Part shown: positions 22,571 to 35,289 of the stretch, one piece after another
How the letters are laid out: each line of letters opens with the position of its first letter
Position numbering within the stretch: position 1 is the stretch's first letter
DNA from: Octopus bimaculoides
Taxonomy: Eukaryota
DNA: 36,320 bases
NCBI RefSeq assembly: GCF_001194135.2
Contig: NC_068983.1
Coordinates: 65,809,056 to 65,845,375 of the forward strand
Direction of reading: 5' to 3'
The notes under the pieces: model-generated
What the model was told of the DNA's origin: nothing
Seen by the model: only the letters and a program-made list of their open reading frames with translations
Databases searched by the model: none
Made by a program: the position numbers and the translations under genes

Positions 22571-24281
22571 TCAGGCAACCATACACTAGAAAATTATCCC
22601 TAAGAAAACATATAGATAGTTGTGGAAGGCAGATCTTACCCAGCTAATCTATTTTCCCTTTCTACCCATGTAACGACTCAGCATTTTGATTTTACTATAC
22701 TTTATTGGGCAAGAAATTTTTTTTTTATGTGTGGTTAGAAAACGTGATTAAAACTTTAGTTTCATACGTTTTTATGAGTTGTTCTTTTGAACTTTCAACC
22801 TTATTGGAAGTTTACTGTTGTTCAATACTATTTCTTGGTCTAATCTTTATATCACCACCTGTCTGTTTCCCATTTAGTTGTCTTATATCATATTTTAAAA
22901 TATTCTTTTATATATTTCTTGAAGCTCTTTTTTTTATTTTAACAACTTTACTTCCTCTTTTTTTACCTTTCTTTGATTTCGTAAATATTAAGGATGGTCA
23001 ATTCCCTGAACTTCTATCTAGCATCTTAATTTATATGAACTAAGACTAAAGATCTTTAGTTTTCCTGACCAAACCAAGCTAATTTTATCTAGTCTCGATC
23101 TTACATATATTGTATATATAAAGAGAAAATGTGTGTATACTACGAATGGAATCGTCGGTGAAACCATGATGTTCTGGTGATATTATAAGCTAGCTTTCTG
23201 CATTTGCATTTCTTTATGAATATACAAATATATAATGCATAAAATGCATATTAGTGCAAACATATAAACATAATTTATTCAACCCTATACTTATTACTAC
23301 ATGAAGAAGGTTGTAAAACGGCCGTAATCCCTTGGACGTCAATTGTTTGAATAAATATATTCATGCCTCATGCCTCCTGACATTTTAAGGTCTATATACT
23401 CTTCATAAACTAATTTCACAGGTCAGATCTTCTGGATTTCAGCTGCATGGACGTTATATTACATTTCTCAATATTGAATTATCATGTGGTCTGCTAACCG
23501 GATCCGTTAGAGGAGCTTTCTGTAATAGTCACACAATTTTCTGAACCCATAGCGTATACAACAAATGTGTGTGTATGAATGTGTGGAGGGATCGAGAGGG
23601 AGAGCGAGATATATGTAAATGTATGTATGCATATGTGTGTCTGTATGTTTTCTGTTTAGGAAAACGAAAATAAATTCGACCTCGGTAGCGTTTCAAGCGA
23701 GATGCAACTTTATAGTTAATTTATTTTCACTTGTCTCAGATATCTCCAGTGTTTTCAAAATATAAATATGTTATTGATTTATTCTAAAATATTGATGACT
23801 TTGTTGAAAATAACTTGGAGTTTCAAAAGCACGAACCTAAGAAATCATATAAAGATTATTGCTTTCGATTTTCACATACAACTCCGATATTTTCCGAGAT
23901 TAGTTAATCAAAATCCGTAAGAAATTGGCGAAACATTGAAATTTCGCTACATATAAAGAATATGACTAGGATGTGCGCAAATGTTAATGGTATGATGGGC
24001 CAATAATTACTAAAAGGAAAGTCTTGCTTCATGAAAACAAATAAAAACTATTTCTGTTTGTTATTGCAAATACAGATTCTTACAGCATAATCCTGTCAAC
24101 TGAGAACATTGAAGTGCTTAGATAATTAGATAAATGTCTCAGAAAATATATAAATGTGTTCTGTAATATCTTATACGTTTTCGGATTTATAACAAGATAC
24201 TGACAGTGTTACAGTAGTAATATACAGATCTATTAAATGTATCATTCTCACTTATAGACACAAAGAGGACTCCAGTTTCCC

Positions 24282-24477
24282 TTCTTCTTCTTCTTCTTCT
24301 TCTTCTTCTTCTTCTTCTTCTTCTTCTTCTTCTTCTTCTTCTTCTTCCTCTCCTCCTCCTCCTCCTCCTCCTTTTCTTCCTTTTCTTTCTCCACCTCCTA
24401 CTCCTTCTTCTACTCTTCCTCTTCCTTCTCCTTCTACTTCTGCTGCTAAAACAGCAACAACGACAACAACAACAACA

Positions 24478-24523
<46 letters not shown>

Positions 24524-24552
24524 GTACTACTACTACTACTACTACTACTAGT
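24282..24552. repeat. Compound trinucleotide microsatellite (CTT)n(CCT)n(CAA)n(CTA)n
   Basis: Direct inspection. Confidence 0.97.
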
Positions 24553-24559
24553 ACTGTAA

Positions 24560-24750
24560 AAATTATTACTGTTTTTGTTCAGTGGTCTTATTTCTATCAC
24601 GTGCTTTCACTGCACTACCGGGCGCAATTTTCTGTGCCTGTGGTATCTACTGTAATTTGTTGCGGTTCTCTTATTTTCACTCTACTGAAAGTGTTTTACG
24701 TAGGACGTGTGCGGTGCTTTTAGACTCCACGTTCGTGTTGCCTCTATTTT
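24560..24750 (-). mobile_element. 3' end of an R4/Dong-like LINE (5'-truncated)
   Basis: The minus strand reads STAHVLRKTLSVE* (compare the R4/Dong C-terminal GTAHILR..L), followed by a short 3' UTR running into a trinucleotide tract. Confidence 0.6.
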
Positions 24751-24756
24751 CAGATA

Positions 24757-24757
<1 letters not shown>

Positions 24758-24853
<96 letters not shown>

Positions 24854-24875
24854 ATCATTATTATTATTATTATTT
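24758..24875. repeat. (ATT)n(GTT)n(ATT)n microsatellite
   Basis: Direct inspection. Confidence 0.97.
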
Positions 24876-24934
24876 TATTTTTCTATTATGCCCAGACATG
24901 CGCTGAGGCTGTGATATTTCCAGCGTTTCCTTAA

Positions 24935-25610
24935 TGGTGAGCAGGTGTGGTCGCTGTTTGTCGGAGCGACAGTGCTGGATGAAGTGTAGGCCGAGAAAAG
25001 ACGCTCACATCCCTGTACCAGTTGGGCAATGCGGTCGGTGGAAGTTCCACGTTGGAGTTCTACAGGAGATTAATGGCAAGCAAGAGCTGGTCTTTTCAGA
25101 AGGATTTTAGGGCCGGGGTCCATGGATAATCTCCAGAAATCTCTGGATTGGCAGTACTACTCGAGGGGCTCATCAGTTCTAGACAAACTCTAGATGCACG
25201 AGAGTTCTGTCAGACAGACCTGTTTGTGATGTGCGCATGGCTGTGAAAGCATTCTGTTTGCAATCTTCCAGTGACCGGGCATTGCTGACTTATGGAGCTT
25301 TGTCGCATGTCGGATGTATTCGGTTACCAGCTGAGCCCATCGAGAGGGTCACCCTTCGCTTTCCTTTCGGTCAGAAGGGAAGGCAGAATTCCTCTATCAG
25401 ATGGCCATAGTGAAAGAGGTAGTGTGGTGGTTGACGCTGAAAGGACTGAAGACAGTCACTATTGTTTTCGGCCAAGTTCTCGACTTTTTTCAAGTTTCAC
25501 TTGAAAAGGAAAGTAGGTATGGAGAGGGAAATGCTTCCCTCCAGTACTTTTGTTGAAAGGTGGGTGAATGTGGGGAGGATGACCTGTATTCTGAACACAT
25601 GCTTGTAAGC
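24935..25610 (+). mobile_element. L1/Tx1-like ORF2 C-terminal relic (zinc-finger region)
   Basis: LDKL*MHESSVRQTCL*CAHGCESILFAIFQ*PGIADLWSFV is a decayed C..C...E...H...C motif. The frame ends ...RWVNVGRMTCILNTCL*. Confidence 0.7.
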
Positions 25611-25996
25611 AGGCGGAGTTCAGAATGAGTTGTTGCCTGACTGAGGTGCTTTTGGCGGTCGTAGTGACTGGTATGTGTGGGGAAACTTGGTAGGCTCTGA
25701 ATGAGGTACCTTTGTTGACATTTTTTGGGAAATGTTCATGTTAAATTGTGGTTGTTAATTGTTATCGTTTTATTGTATTCACGAATTTTTGTGTTAAGCC
25801 CCAATTGTCCCTTGTTTTGTATTGATTTTTTTTATGCACCTATAAACACTGGGATATGTTTTACCCACACTTTCCATAGTCTCTGTAAATCAATGGCTAG
25901 GTCCTGGTATTTTGCTATATTTTCTATACTGCTCATATTTTTCATCATTGGGGACTGTAATGTCAATTGTCTAGCACTTTCTAGTCTCTTTATCAG

Positions 25997-26071
<75 letters not shown>
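25997..26071. repeat. (CTA)25 microsatellite inside the RLE domain
   Basis: Direct count of 75 nt. Confidence 0.97.
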
Positions 26072-26874
26072 AACCAGGCCTTCTACCTTCTATTACTCTG
26101 TTAGACTGAACGTTGAAGTCCTACAACATCTTGTATTTCTTACTTTCTATTACTTGTGTGCGTTGTCAGAGCTAAGGCCCATGCGCTAAAACCCGAAGGA
26201 ACTAAAGCCGTCCAGTGGGCCCGAATGGTAGACTGTCCATGCAGAGGCTTCTGGATCCACTGCTTCTCAAATTGTTTCTGCCCATTCTTTTTGTAGTCTG
26301 TTTCATCACTTTTACTTCTTTGGTGGCAGTGGTTTCAGGTTCTTCATCTAATTAAGGGTTAATGCCGCATTCCCTTCCGAAATTGCAAGCTTCCTTGACA
26401 GTAGAATGGGATTTTTCGCTGCTATCGTGTTTTCATACAAGCCGCAGTATCCAGTCTTCTGTACTAGATAAGTACCTGCTCATTGCTACTGTGGAGGTCC
26501 TATAGCACAGTTCTCCTTGCATCATTCCTCTTCCCTCATTACTTCTAGGTAGGTACAGACGATCAACGTCTGCTTTTGGGTGGTGCATATTCTTAAACGT
26601 TAGTAATTTTCTTACCTTCGTATCCAGACGCTGGATTTCTTTAAGATTCCAGTTATTGATGGACTACTAGAAGTGCTAGGGTGTTAAAGACTTCGGTGCG
26701 ATTTTTGGTGTTAAGTTCAGATTTTTTTTGTCCTATTTTCCTGTAATACTCCTTTCTATTTTTTTCCTTCATAGTAGCATGTTGTACACCATCTCCGTTT
26801 ATCCACAGGATTTTATAGCTTTCTTGTGGGTTAAGCTCCTTGATGGTAGTGTCGGCATCTAATTAAAGCTGGTT

Positions 26875-26917
26875 GCTTGAGCTTGTCGCTTGAGCTTGTC
26901 GCTTGAGCTTGTCGCTT
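26875..26917. repeat. 13-bp tandem repeat gcttgagcttgtc, three copies plus 4 nt
   Basis: Direct inspection. Confidence 0.95.
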
Positions 26918-27372
26918 ACAAAAGTTGCTTTTGCACACTTATCAAGGCCAAAATCCATCCCGATGTCATTGCTGATCCCTTTAACAGTTGTTAACAGCCC
27001 TCCCTACTAGCTCTTCGTCATTTCTAGAAAACAGTCTCAGATCGTCCATATAGAACAAATGGTTTACTATATGATACACTTTGGGCCCATACTTGGTGTT
27101 ACTCAGTTTGTTTGAGAGTAGAATTAGTGCCATGCAAACGAGTAATGGGAAGGGGGGGGGGTCACATAGAAAGATGGCTCATTTGATACTGATGTTGTTA
27201 CATTGGCTCATCTCATTACTGTGGCGTAGAAATAGAAATGTATTCCACTCGGCCATGCGTCCTTGTAAGAGTTTGGAGACGCCAATGAGTATTATTATCT
27301 TTTTTTTATCTACCACCAACAATGCCTCGTTTCCGAGTGTATTGGTTAGGAAGTCAGACGGAACTGTAAGCT

Positions 27373-27540
<168 letters not shown>

Positions 27541-27699
27541 GCTATTAGAAGCTAATTTTGATTATTAGAGATTTTTTTTCTGGGATTGAATGGCAAGTCT
27601 CATATTATCACAAGAATTTTTGTGAGAATTCTTGCAGATTAGATGATAATGATGATGATGATGAGGATTTCTTGTAGGTCAGTAATACATGTCTCAATT

Positions 27700-28320
27700 T
27701 AGGTATCTGAAGAAAAATCTTTTGCACCAGTTTCGTTATTATGTTGAATCCACCAATTACCACAACAGCAGTCTTTCACCCTTGTGTTTCACAATCTCTC
27801 CATCTCTCTGGCTAGGGTTCTATTATTTCTCAGTTTTTTCAATATTTATCCTATTATTGTAAACTGTTGCAAAATCAATGATGTTACACTTTTTTTTTTT
27901 TACCTCTACACGATGATATCTGGTTTCATTGCTTTAATCATATGATCGGTCTCACTGGAGAAATCTCATAAATCCCTGTAATTATATCAAACGCTAGGAC
28001 AGCCTCCGGGTCGTGTTCCTTACCACTTTACTTTTACTTCTAATCCACTGACTTGGCTAACATCCTAATGCGCTAATTTACTGAAAGAGGTACGCCTGCA
28101 TTAATACACATTGTGTACTGGCTAACTACAATCCCTGATCTTGTCTTTATCAAATTCGTTCAAATGGATTCATCTTGAGCGGCTATAATTAGCGATCCAG
28201 TTTCTTGTTTCAGTTTCCTTTCCTTCCTTCTTCCAGCCCCGACTATCTTTCCTCACTTCTAGTATCCCGGGTTTGCTGCTTGAACTGGCCATTTAGTTCC
28301 TTTCCTTTCCAGTTAATTGT
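27700..28320 (-). mobile_element. Second R4/Dong-like relic (RT tail, CCHC region, RLE)
   Basis: KLKQETGSLIIAAQDESI, EHDPEAVL-like, ETDHMIKAMKPDIIV, CNIIDFATVYNNRINIEK, LAREMERL and VVIGG fragments on the minus strand. Confidence 0.75.
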
Positions 28321-28349
28321 CTTATCCTGTACTTTCCTTTGCTTCTTCT

Positions 28350-28389
<40 letters not shown>

Positions 28390-28477
28390 GCTACTGTTGC
28401 TGCTGCTGCCACTGCCGATTACAACTGCTACTACTACTATTACTACTACTACTACTACTTACTACTACTACTACTAC

Positions 28478-28513
<36 letters not shown>

Positions 28514-28647
28514 TGTACTGCTGCTGCTGCTGCTGCTGCCGCCACTGCTGATTACAACTACTACTACTACTACTACTGCTGCTGCTGCTACAACAACAAC
28601 TACTACTACTGCTACAACAACTACTACTACTACTGCTACAACAGATA

Positions 28648-28681
<34 letters not shown>

Positions 28682-28708
28682 CACTGTTAATTACTACTAC
28701 TACTACTG

Positions 28709-28757
<49 letters not shown>

Positions 28758-28840
28758 TACCACTACTACTGTTGCTGCTGTTACTACTTCTTCAACTATG
28801 ACTACAACTACTACCACCAACATCAACACTCTTACTAATA
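28350..28840. repeat. Long compound (CTA)/(CTG)/(CAA) microsatellite
   Basis: Direct inspection. Confidence 0.96.
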
Positions 28841-28873
28841 CTACCACCCCGTGTTTGGGAGAGGGGCATATTC

Positions 28874-28990
28874 GAACTGGCTGAATCGTTAACAACATTT
28901 AGCCTGTCCTTATGTTGTGCTTTCAAATTCTGTCGCGGAAGAACTGGGGTTCGAAATTGCTGGCCTTGTACCAAAGCTTGAAACCATTAC
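28874..28990 (+). mobile_element. Internally deleted, decayed SINE related to the copy at 29078
   Basis: The head gaactggctgaatcgtt and ttcaaattc resemble gagctagcagcatcgtt and ttcaaattcc at 29084-29162. It ends gaaattgctggccttgtaccaaagcttgaaaccatt before a trinucleotide tail. Confidence 0.5.
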
Positions 28991-28995
28991 TATTG

Positions 28996-29076
<81 letters not shown>

Positions 29077-29077
29077 T

Positions 29078-29300
29078 GGCGGTGAGCTAGCAGCATCGTT
29101 AGCATGCCGAGCAAAATACTTTGCGGTATTTCGTCCATTCTTACGTTATGAATTCAAATTCCACCGAGGTTGACTTTGCCTTTCTTCCTTTTGGGATCGA
29201 TAAATTGAGTACCAATGAAACACTGGTGTCCATGTGTAATCGACTAGTCCCTCCCACTAAATTTCAGGTATTACCCCTTTAGTAGAACGGCTTATTATTA
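29078..29300 (+). mobile_element. tRNA-derived SINE with a conserved central domain
   Basis: ggcggtgagctagcagcatcgttagca...gaattcaaattccaccgaggttgactttgcctttcttccttttgggatcgataaattgagtacca matches my recollection of an abundant octopus SINE. It ends in an (ATT/AGT)n tail. Confidence 0.8.
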
Positions 29301-29439
29301 GTAGTAGTAGTAGAAGTAGTTTATTATTAGTATTGAGATTATTGTTGGTTTTGTTGTTGTCATTGTTTGTCCTGTGTTCGCCAATTGTTTGTCTGTATCT
29401 TTTACAATTTATTTATTGTTTTGCCCTCAAAGGGCTACG

Positions 29440-29457
29440 TTAGGGTTAGGGTTAGGG
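29440..29457 (+). repeat. Interstitial telomeric repeat (TTAGGG)3 within an 11-bp direct duplication
   Basis: agggctacgtt-agggtt-agggtt-agggctacgtt (29431-29464). Confidence 0.8.
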
Positions 29458-29804
29458 CTACGTTCATTATGTCTTTTTTTATATATCATTTTTTGATAAA
29501 CTGACATAGAACGTAAAATTGCAAAGAAATTACGTCAAGATTTCTTTGCTGGGGGAGTTTGCAGTTTTGTAAAATTCATGCATTTGTCTGATTTAGAAAT
29601 AGTAAACAGAAAATTAATTATTATGTTCCAAGCCCAGTAAACATAAGTGGCTGATTTAACAATAAACGGCCATGTTGTCACCATGAGAACAAGGGACCTT
29701 GTCTCCATAGACACAACACTTTAACGTACTGCAAGGCAATAAGAGCAACTAAGTGGGATCGCCACGACCAGCAGCAGTCATGATAACAAAATCAACAATA
29801 ATGA

Positions 29805-30000
29805 GAAGAAGAAGAAGAAGAAGAAGAAGAAGAAGAAGAAGAAGAAGAAGAAGAAGAAGAAGAAGAAGAAGAAGAAGAAGAAGAAGAAGAAGAAGAAGAC
29901 AACAGCAACAAAAACAATAGCAACTAAAGTTACTACCACTACAACTGATACTACTACAACTACTACTACTACTACTACTACCACTACTACTGTTACTACT
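29805..30000. repeat. (GAA)n followed by (CAA)/(CTA) microsatellite
   Basis: Direct inspection. Confidence 0.96.
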
Positions 30001-31779
30001 AATACAAATTCAAAGACAATAATAACGAAGCCACCAATAATATCAGCACTCACGCGTTTACATTAAATTAAAAAGTTATTCCAGTTCTGCTTTTTTCTCA
30101 AATATTAATGAAATAATCAACAAATTAAACAATAGCGTCAAAATCATTTCCGCTAAGTTCAGTAGAACATTATGAAAACAACAATTACCACTGCCCTTAC
30201 TTCCTCTTTTGCTGTTGGTTTTATTACTAATCAAAATAATAGTAAAAGAGATTACGATAAAGTAAGTGCAGCAACGAGAAATTAAGAAAGATATGAAATT
30301 CAGCTACAAGAAACCAGACAGGAATATTGTTTAATACGACGGTAAAGATGTGGGGAATTGTAAACACCCCCACTTCCAGATTTTGCACAGATACAAACAT
30401 AGATGAAAAGGAACCTACATATACATAAACACAAAATCTCAAAGAGCAGAGAAACAACAGCATGCCCATGTACAAAGATGACTGAAATTTTTATGGGAGC
30501 ATCATCTGTAACAGAAAAAAAATCAATTCGGCATAGTGAGTGTGAGAAAGGCCGCGGTGGCTGATTCAAAATCTATCGCATCGCCCCGCTAAAGAGCGAT
30601 AATTTATTCTCGTACCAGCTTCTACGGACAGGAATGTGACGAAAGTAATGGAGATGGACATGCTGCTAGAAATATGTCTTCGGTGGCTACAAGTTTAAAT
30701 ATTTACTGTTTTGAAAAATTGGCATTGACCTTTCTGCTAAATAATCCCCAATGGGATGTTTTTGTACACTAAAGCTACAATTTTGACAAAATTCGTCATT
30801 TTCCTATTTTTAAAAATGTAAATCGAAAGAAAATTTATCATAATCTTTGAAAGCAAGCGTCTATAATTGGATGATTTAGCAATCAACATTGATAATGTCT
30901 CCCTAATGACACATTTTTGATGCCATCCTAGACTGTTTTCTGTATTTTAATTCTTCATCTTGGCAAGACGTGAGGAACAATTGAGGGAAAAAAAGCAAAA
31001 TTAGTGGGAATAAGTTGAGTTAGTTAACGTCCTTCCTCCAATTTCTATTTGAAACAATTGTATTGTACAGTGTTCAATTGTATCGACTAACAGCTCACCA
31101 CAAGGTTGCTGGTTTTGTGACTAAATTAAAAAATGATTGTTATTATTTCTTTTTATGTGTTTAATAAACATCATCTATGATCACGTTGTATTGCAGCTAA
31201 GTAAGCGAAAAAAAAAACAAGTTAAACATCGTTTTTTTTTTATAGCTTTTGGGGATTTTCTTCTGATCTATATCTCATATACTGTCCCTTAAGTGAGTTA
31301 GTTAGCTGTTGACTGCAGATTCTTCAGTATTTTATGAAACATGTACGCTAGCCCCTTATAGCCCCTCTGTTATATATTTAAACAAGACGTTTAGAATATT
31401 ATCTTGTAGCGACTGATTTCCGTCTGGCGTTGACTTTTCCCGAGGATTTTCCTAGTACAGTTGAACAACTTCTTTCTTGTTTATTCTTTTGTTGTCGTTC
31501 TAAAATGATACTACCTCCTTCGTTGACTTATGAATTTCTAATTTAGTGTTATCTAAATAAAATTGTCTTAAATTTGAGCCAATAAACTCGCTGTAGTTTA
31601 TTTTTATTTTACCAAAAAGCACTCATAATGACGTAGCGCTCTTTGATTCCGAATTCTTATGAACTACGGTACTTTTTCCTTTTTCTTTTCGTTTTTTTTT
31701 CCGTCTTCAGTGTTTTTAGGAGTGGGAAAATTAATTTTCGCTTTCTTTTCGATATGGTTGTTTTCAATGTTGTTTGCGT

Positions 31780-32740
31780 CGATCTTCATATTTCAGTTTT
31801 TGGTAGGTCTTGACAGATACATTTATGTCGATTGGGACAGCCATATCAATGAGAAGGCATGATTTTTGTCTAAAGTCATTCAATATCATGTCTGGCATAT
31901 TTGCATCTATCTTTTTGTCAATTTGAATGGTGAAGTTCCAGAGGAGTGAGATGTGATCATTTTCAAGCACTGGAGGTGGTTTGTGTTCCCACCAGTTTTT
32001 TTCATGGGGCATGTCCAGGGTTTTTCAAATTATCCAGCAAATATATTGTGCTACTCTATCATGCTTGTTGAGACACATGATCAATGGTTTCATTTTGTTG
32101 CTTACATACACATGTTGGGAAGCTACCGTTCTTTAATATGTTGGCCTGGTAGATCCTTGTAGGTAGACATTGATCTTGGGCTGCTACGATAAACCCTTCT
32201 GTTTCTGATTTTAAGCCTGAAGCCATTAGCCATTGAAGGGTAAGGGCTTTCTAAAATCGGTACTATTAGCTCTTTGGGTATTTACCATTGAGAGGTTTTC
32301 TCGCCATTTAGGAGTAAGGCGGCAGTTTTAGCAAGGGTTTTCATATGCTTAGCTTTTTCAGCGCTTGTTTCTAGTACGTCTAATTCTGGAATTTGTTATA
32401 TTTAGAATTCACTTAGATATTTCTTTGCCTGTTTTGTTACTGAGTATGATACTTTCTTGTTATCATGCTTTGAGACAAGTTTTAGTATCCAGTCATCAGA
32501 ATTTTTCAGGTAGGTGTCTAGGCCAATTGTGGCAATCTTCATTGCTAATTACAGTTGTAAACGCTCACGACCACCCTCTTTTCTTGGCAGGTAAAGTCGT
32601 TCTATATCTGTCTTATGGTGATGCATTCTATACATTGTCAACATTCAAACTAACAGGAGTGGTTAATGGCTTAGTTTCCCATGTTGTTGACAGAAAATTG
32701 ATGTACATATAGGAATGTGAATGAAATACCCTTTCATAAT
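31780..32740 (-). mobile_element. Third R4/Dong-like relic (RT C-terminus, CCHC, RLE)
   Basis: DIERLYLPRKEGGR, LKSETEGFIVAAQDQCLPTR, CVCKQQNETIDHV, KHDRVAQYICW and KNWWEHKPPPVLENDHISLLWNFTIQIDKKIDANMPDMIL...LLIDMAVPIDINVSVKTYQKL. Confidence 0.9.
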
Positions 32741-34311
32741 AGACGAATACAGTCCACAAGAGAAAAAAGAATTAGATTTTGTTTAAGTTTTAAACAAGTG
32801 AGACATACTGTGTGATAACTGTAACGTTGAGAAAATATTAATAATGGCATGGTCATTTATATTTCGGATGAGATTAGCATTGGTGGTCATCAACTTGTGA
32901 CCGAGTATGACCACTTATTAAACTTAGCAAACTAGTACTAATGTTCCGAGATTCCAAGACGTTCTTGTGCAGGAATTTGTTTTCAGTAAATAAATTGTTA
33001 CACAACACACAGCACACTTCTCAGTGCAATCAGCTATAAAACCCGTGGCACAAAAGAGGTTGAGACGACCAGAAACCGACTGAACTTCATATTTTTTTAA
33101 TACAATTTTACCTTCACCGAGAAGGAAGTTTTAACGAGAACTAGGATTTTTCATTCTCAGTGCTTAAAATACTAGTTAACCCGCATCTGATAAATGCTAC
33201 TACTCCGAGCCTGAGTAGACCAGGGAACAATTGTAGCTCAGGGGTGGTTCTGCACTCCTCAAATCTCTGGATTTACTAGGTCCCACTTCTGGATGCAGCA
33301 TAAAGTCATACCCAGGACATTACGAACTACAATAACAGTAACGACAGTAGCAACGCACGGTCAATGTAAAAAGAAGAAACAACGATTTTCTTAACTGGAT
33401 GCTGAGAAGAACTTGGGATAGTAAAGGAGAAAAATTGGAGATGAAATCACAAAACACCATGCCTCTTGCCTAAGGATATTGAGGAGTAGATTGCAAAGAA
33501 AATAGTGACGTACTATTGCTTCTCCATAAAGAATAGTCAGACTTTCGACATGCACACAAAAGAGGCTTTCGAAGGAGCTCTATAATCTGTGAAGTGAGGC
33601 GGAATCAGGTTTTCGGCACTATAAATCTAGTGTTGGAAACAGAGTAGGTTCATCATCAGTTGGCGCTTGTGGGATACAGTTTGAACGATAATTTCGCGGC
33701 ACAGTCTACGAAATGATGTAAAGGGAATTATGATCAGGCAAAAAAGCTAGGAAATTGATTCATGGTTAATGGCGATCTTCGCGGAGTGGTGTGGAGAGGT
33801 TTTGCAAGCACAAAAGACATGAATGACTGTGAAAAGAAAGACAAATCGACCTTTTCTCATAGTTATTGGCACCAAGGGTGGGAGAACACGACCGAGATAC
33901 TAAAAGGGTTTCTTTCTCCAAGGGAAGATTGGTCACATTTTAGAAAGGGCAGCATCTTTCAACTGTAGACAGACTGTTAAGATTATGCCCTGGAATGAAT
34001 GGGGGTCCTTTATAACACACCAAATGCAGAACACATACACAGAAAATATACGGAGCATCCATTAGACATATAGTGTTCGGAGTACAATTGGTCAGGGTTG
34101 TGAAGTACTCTGAATGGGTGCTTACCAATTATGTGTGAAAGAGTTGCTATGATTTACTTGCATGGAATTTGTATGTCAAAACTTTTGCCTTGCGCAATAT
34201 AATGTATAAGGCTTTAACAATCTCGTTTATTATATACATGTACATCTCTACAGTTCTGTAACGTATTTTTAAATCGACTTTTAAAAGCTAGTAAGCTCTT
34301 GGGACATATTG

Positions 34312-34406
34312 ATAACAACAACAACGACAGCAACAACAACAACAGCAGCAGCAACAACAACGACAACAGCAACAACAACAATATTGATAATAATAATAAT
34401 AATAAT

Positions 34407-34483
<77 letters not shown>
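34312..34483. repeat. (AAC)/(AGC)/(AAT) compound microsatellite
   Basis: Direct inspection. Confidence 0.96.
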
Positions 34484-34485
<2 letters not shown>

Positions 34486-35049
34486 GACTCTTTTTGTAGT
34501 GAATATTGTATTTGATGTTGTACATATGCTTTTGCGCTTGCTATATATGGACGTGCTACAAATTTCTCTGAGGATTTTTCACTCTTTTCTTTTGTTCTTG
34601 TTTTTGTTTGTACATCTATATAAAAAATATTTCTGTTTTGATTAATTTTTAATAGGAAATATCTTAGAATGCACTGAATGTCTACCCTCATACCGGAAGA
34701 GATACAAGTTCTGTCAATTTTAGGCATAATTATATTTTCCTGTTTTAGTTTACTTCTAATTCAGATGGCTTCTTTGCAGAGAAATGCCACCATAAAAATA
34801 TATCAAAAATTAGCGTAACTATAACTACAGAAAGACAAAATTTAATTTCACAGCGGGACCTACTGAGGAAAATAATATTACAAAATGTATATTAGATCAA
34901 TTTGAATGAAATTCTTAAAAACAACAAAACGCAAAATAAATAAGCCAAGTTTAACGTGTAGAAGTGTCGTTTAGTATGACTCGAAAGATATTTTCGGTTG
35001 AGCTTTTCATTAATGTTGTTAATTATAACCAGAAGCTGAGCGCAAATCT

Positions 35050-35050
35050 C

Positions 35051-35121
<71 letters not shown>

Positions 35122-35152
35122 CACACACACACGCACGCACACACACACACAC
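35050..35152. repeat. (ATCT)n(AT)n(AC)n microsatellite
   Basis: Direct inspection. Confidence 0.95.
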
Positions 35153-35199
35153 AAGTTTAAATAAATGGAGTTATATGCATGTATTAAATGATTTCTTTT

Positions 35200-35289
35200 A
35201 TTTCCGACATATGTTTCGAAGATTACAATTGGTTCATTGCAAGGGAATGAATAATGTTGAGAAAGATGTAGTCTTCTCTTCAGGGAAAT
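35200..35289 (-). ncRNA. Type I hammerhead ribozyme with an intact catalytic core
   Basis: AUUUCC-CUGAAGA-GAAGAcUACA-(39-nt loop)-UGUAaUCUUC-GAAA-CAUAUG-UC-GGAAAU: 6-bp stem I, 9 of 10 bp in stem II, palindromic helix III and a GUC cleavage site. Confidence 0.85.

Larger units (their letters stand above)
25830..27300 (-). mobile_element. R4/Dong-like non-LTR retrotransposon relic (RT plus restriction-like endonuclease)
   Basis: IVNHLFYMDDLRLFSRND, DIGMDFGLDKCAK, MHHPKADVDRLYLPRS, RRPGL(V)n.DKETRKC, IDITVPND and KYQDLAIDLQRLWKVWVKHIPVFIGA; many stops and frameshifts. Confidence 0.88.

Noticed and set aside
23301-23340. atgaagaagg...ggccgtaa hammerhead-like remnant downstream of the Penelope relic
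   Set aside because: Several core positions are mutated and the stems cannot be closed.
33190-34140. GC-richer segment resembling an old retroelement
   Set aside because: I could not recover diagnostic motifs by hand; a repeat-library search is needed.
34100-34730. Possible additional RLE relic around the microsatellite at 34312
   Set aside because: The similarity (VVVINMSQ, ILRYFL) is too weak to support a call.
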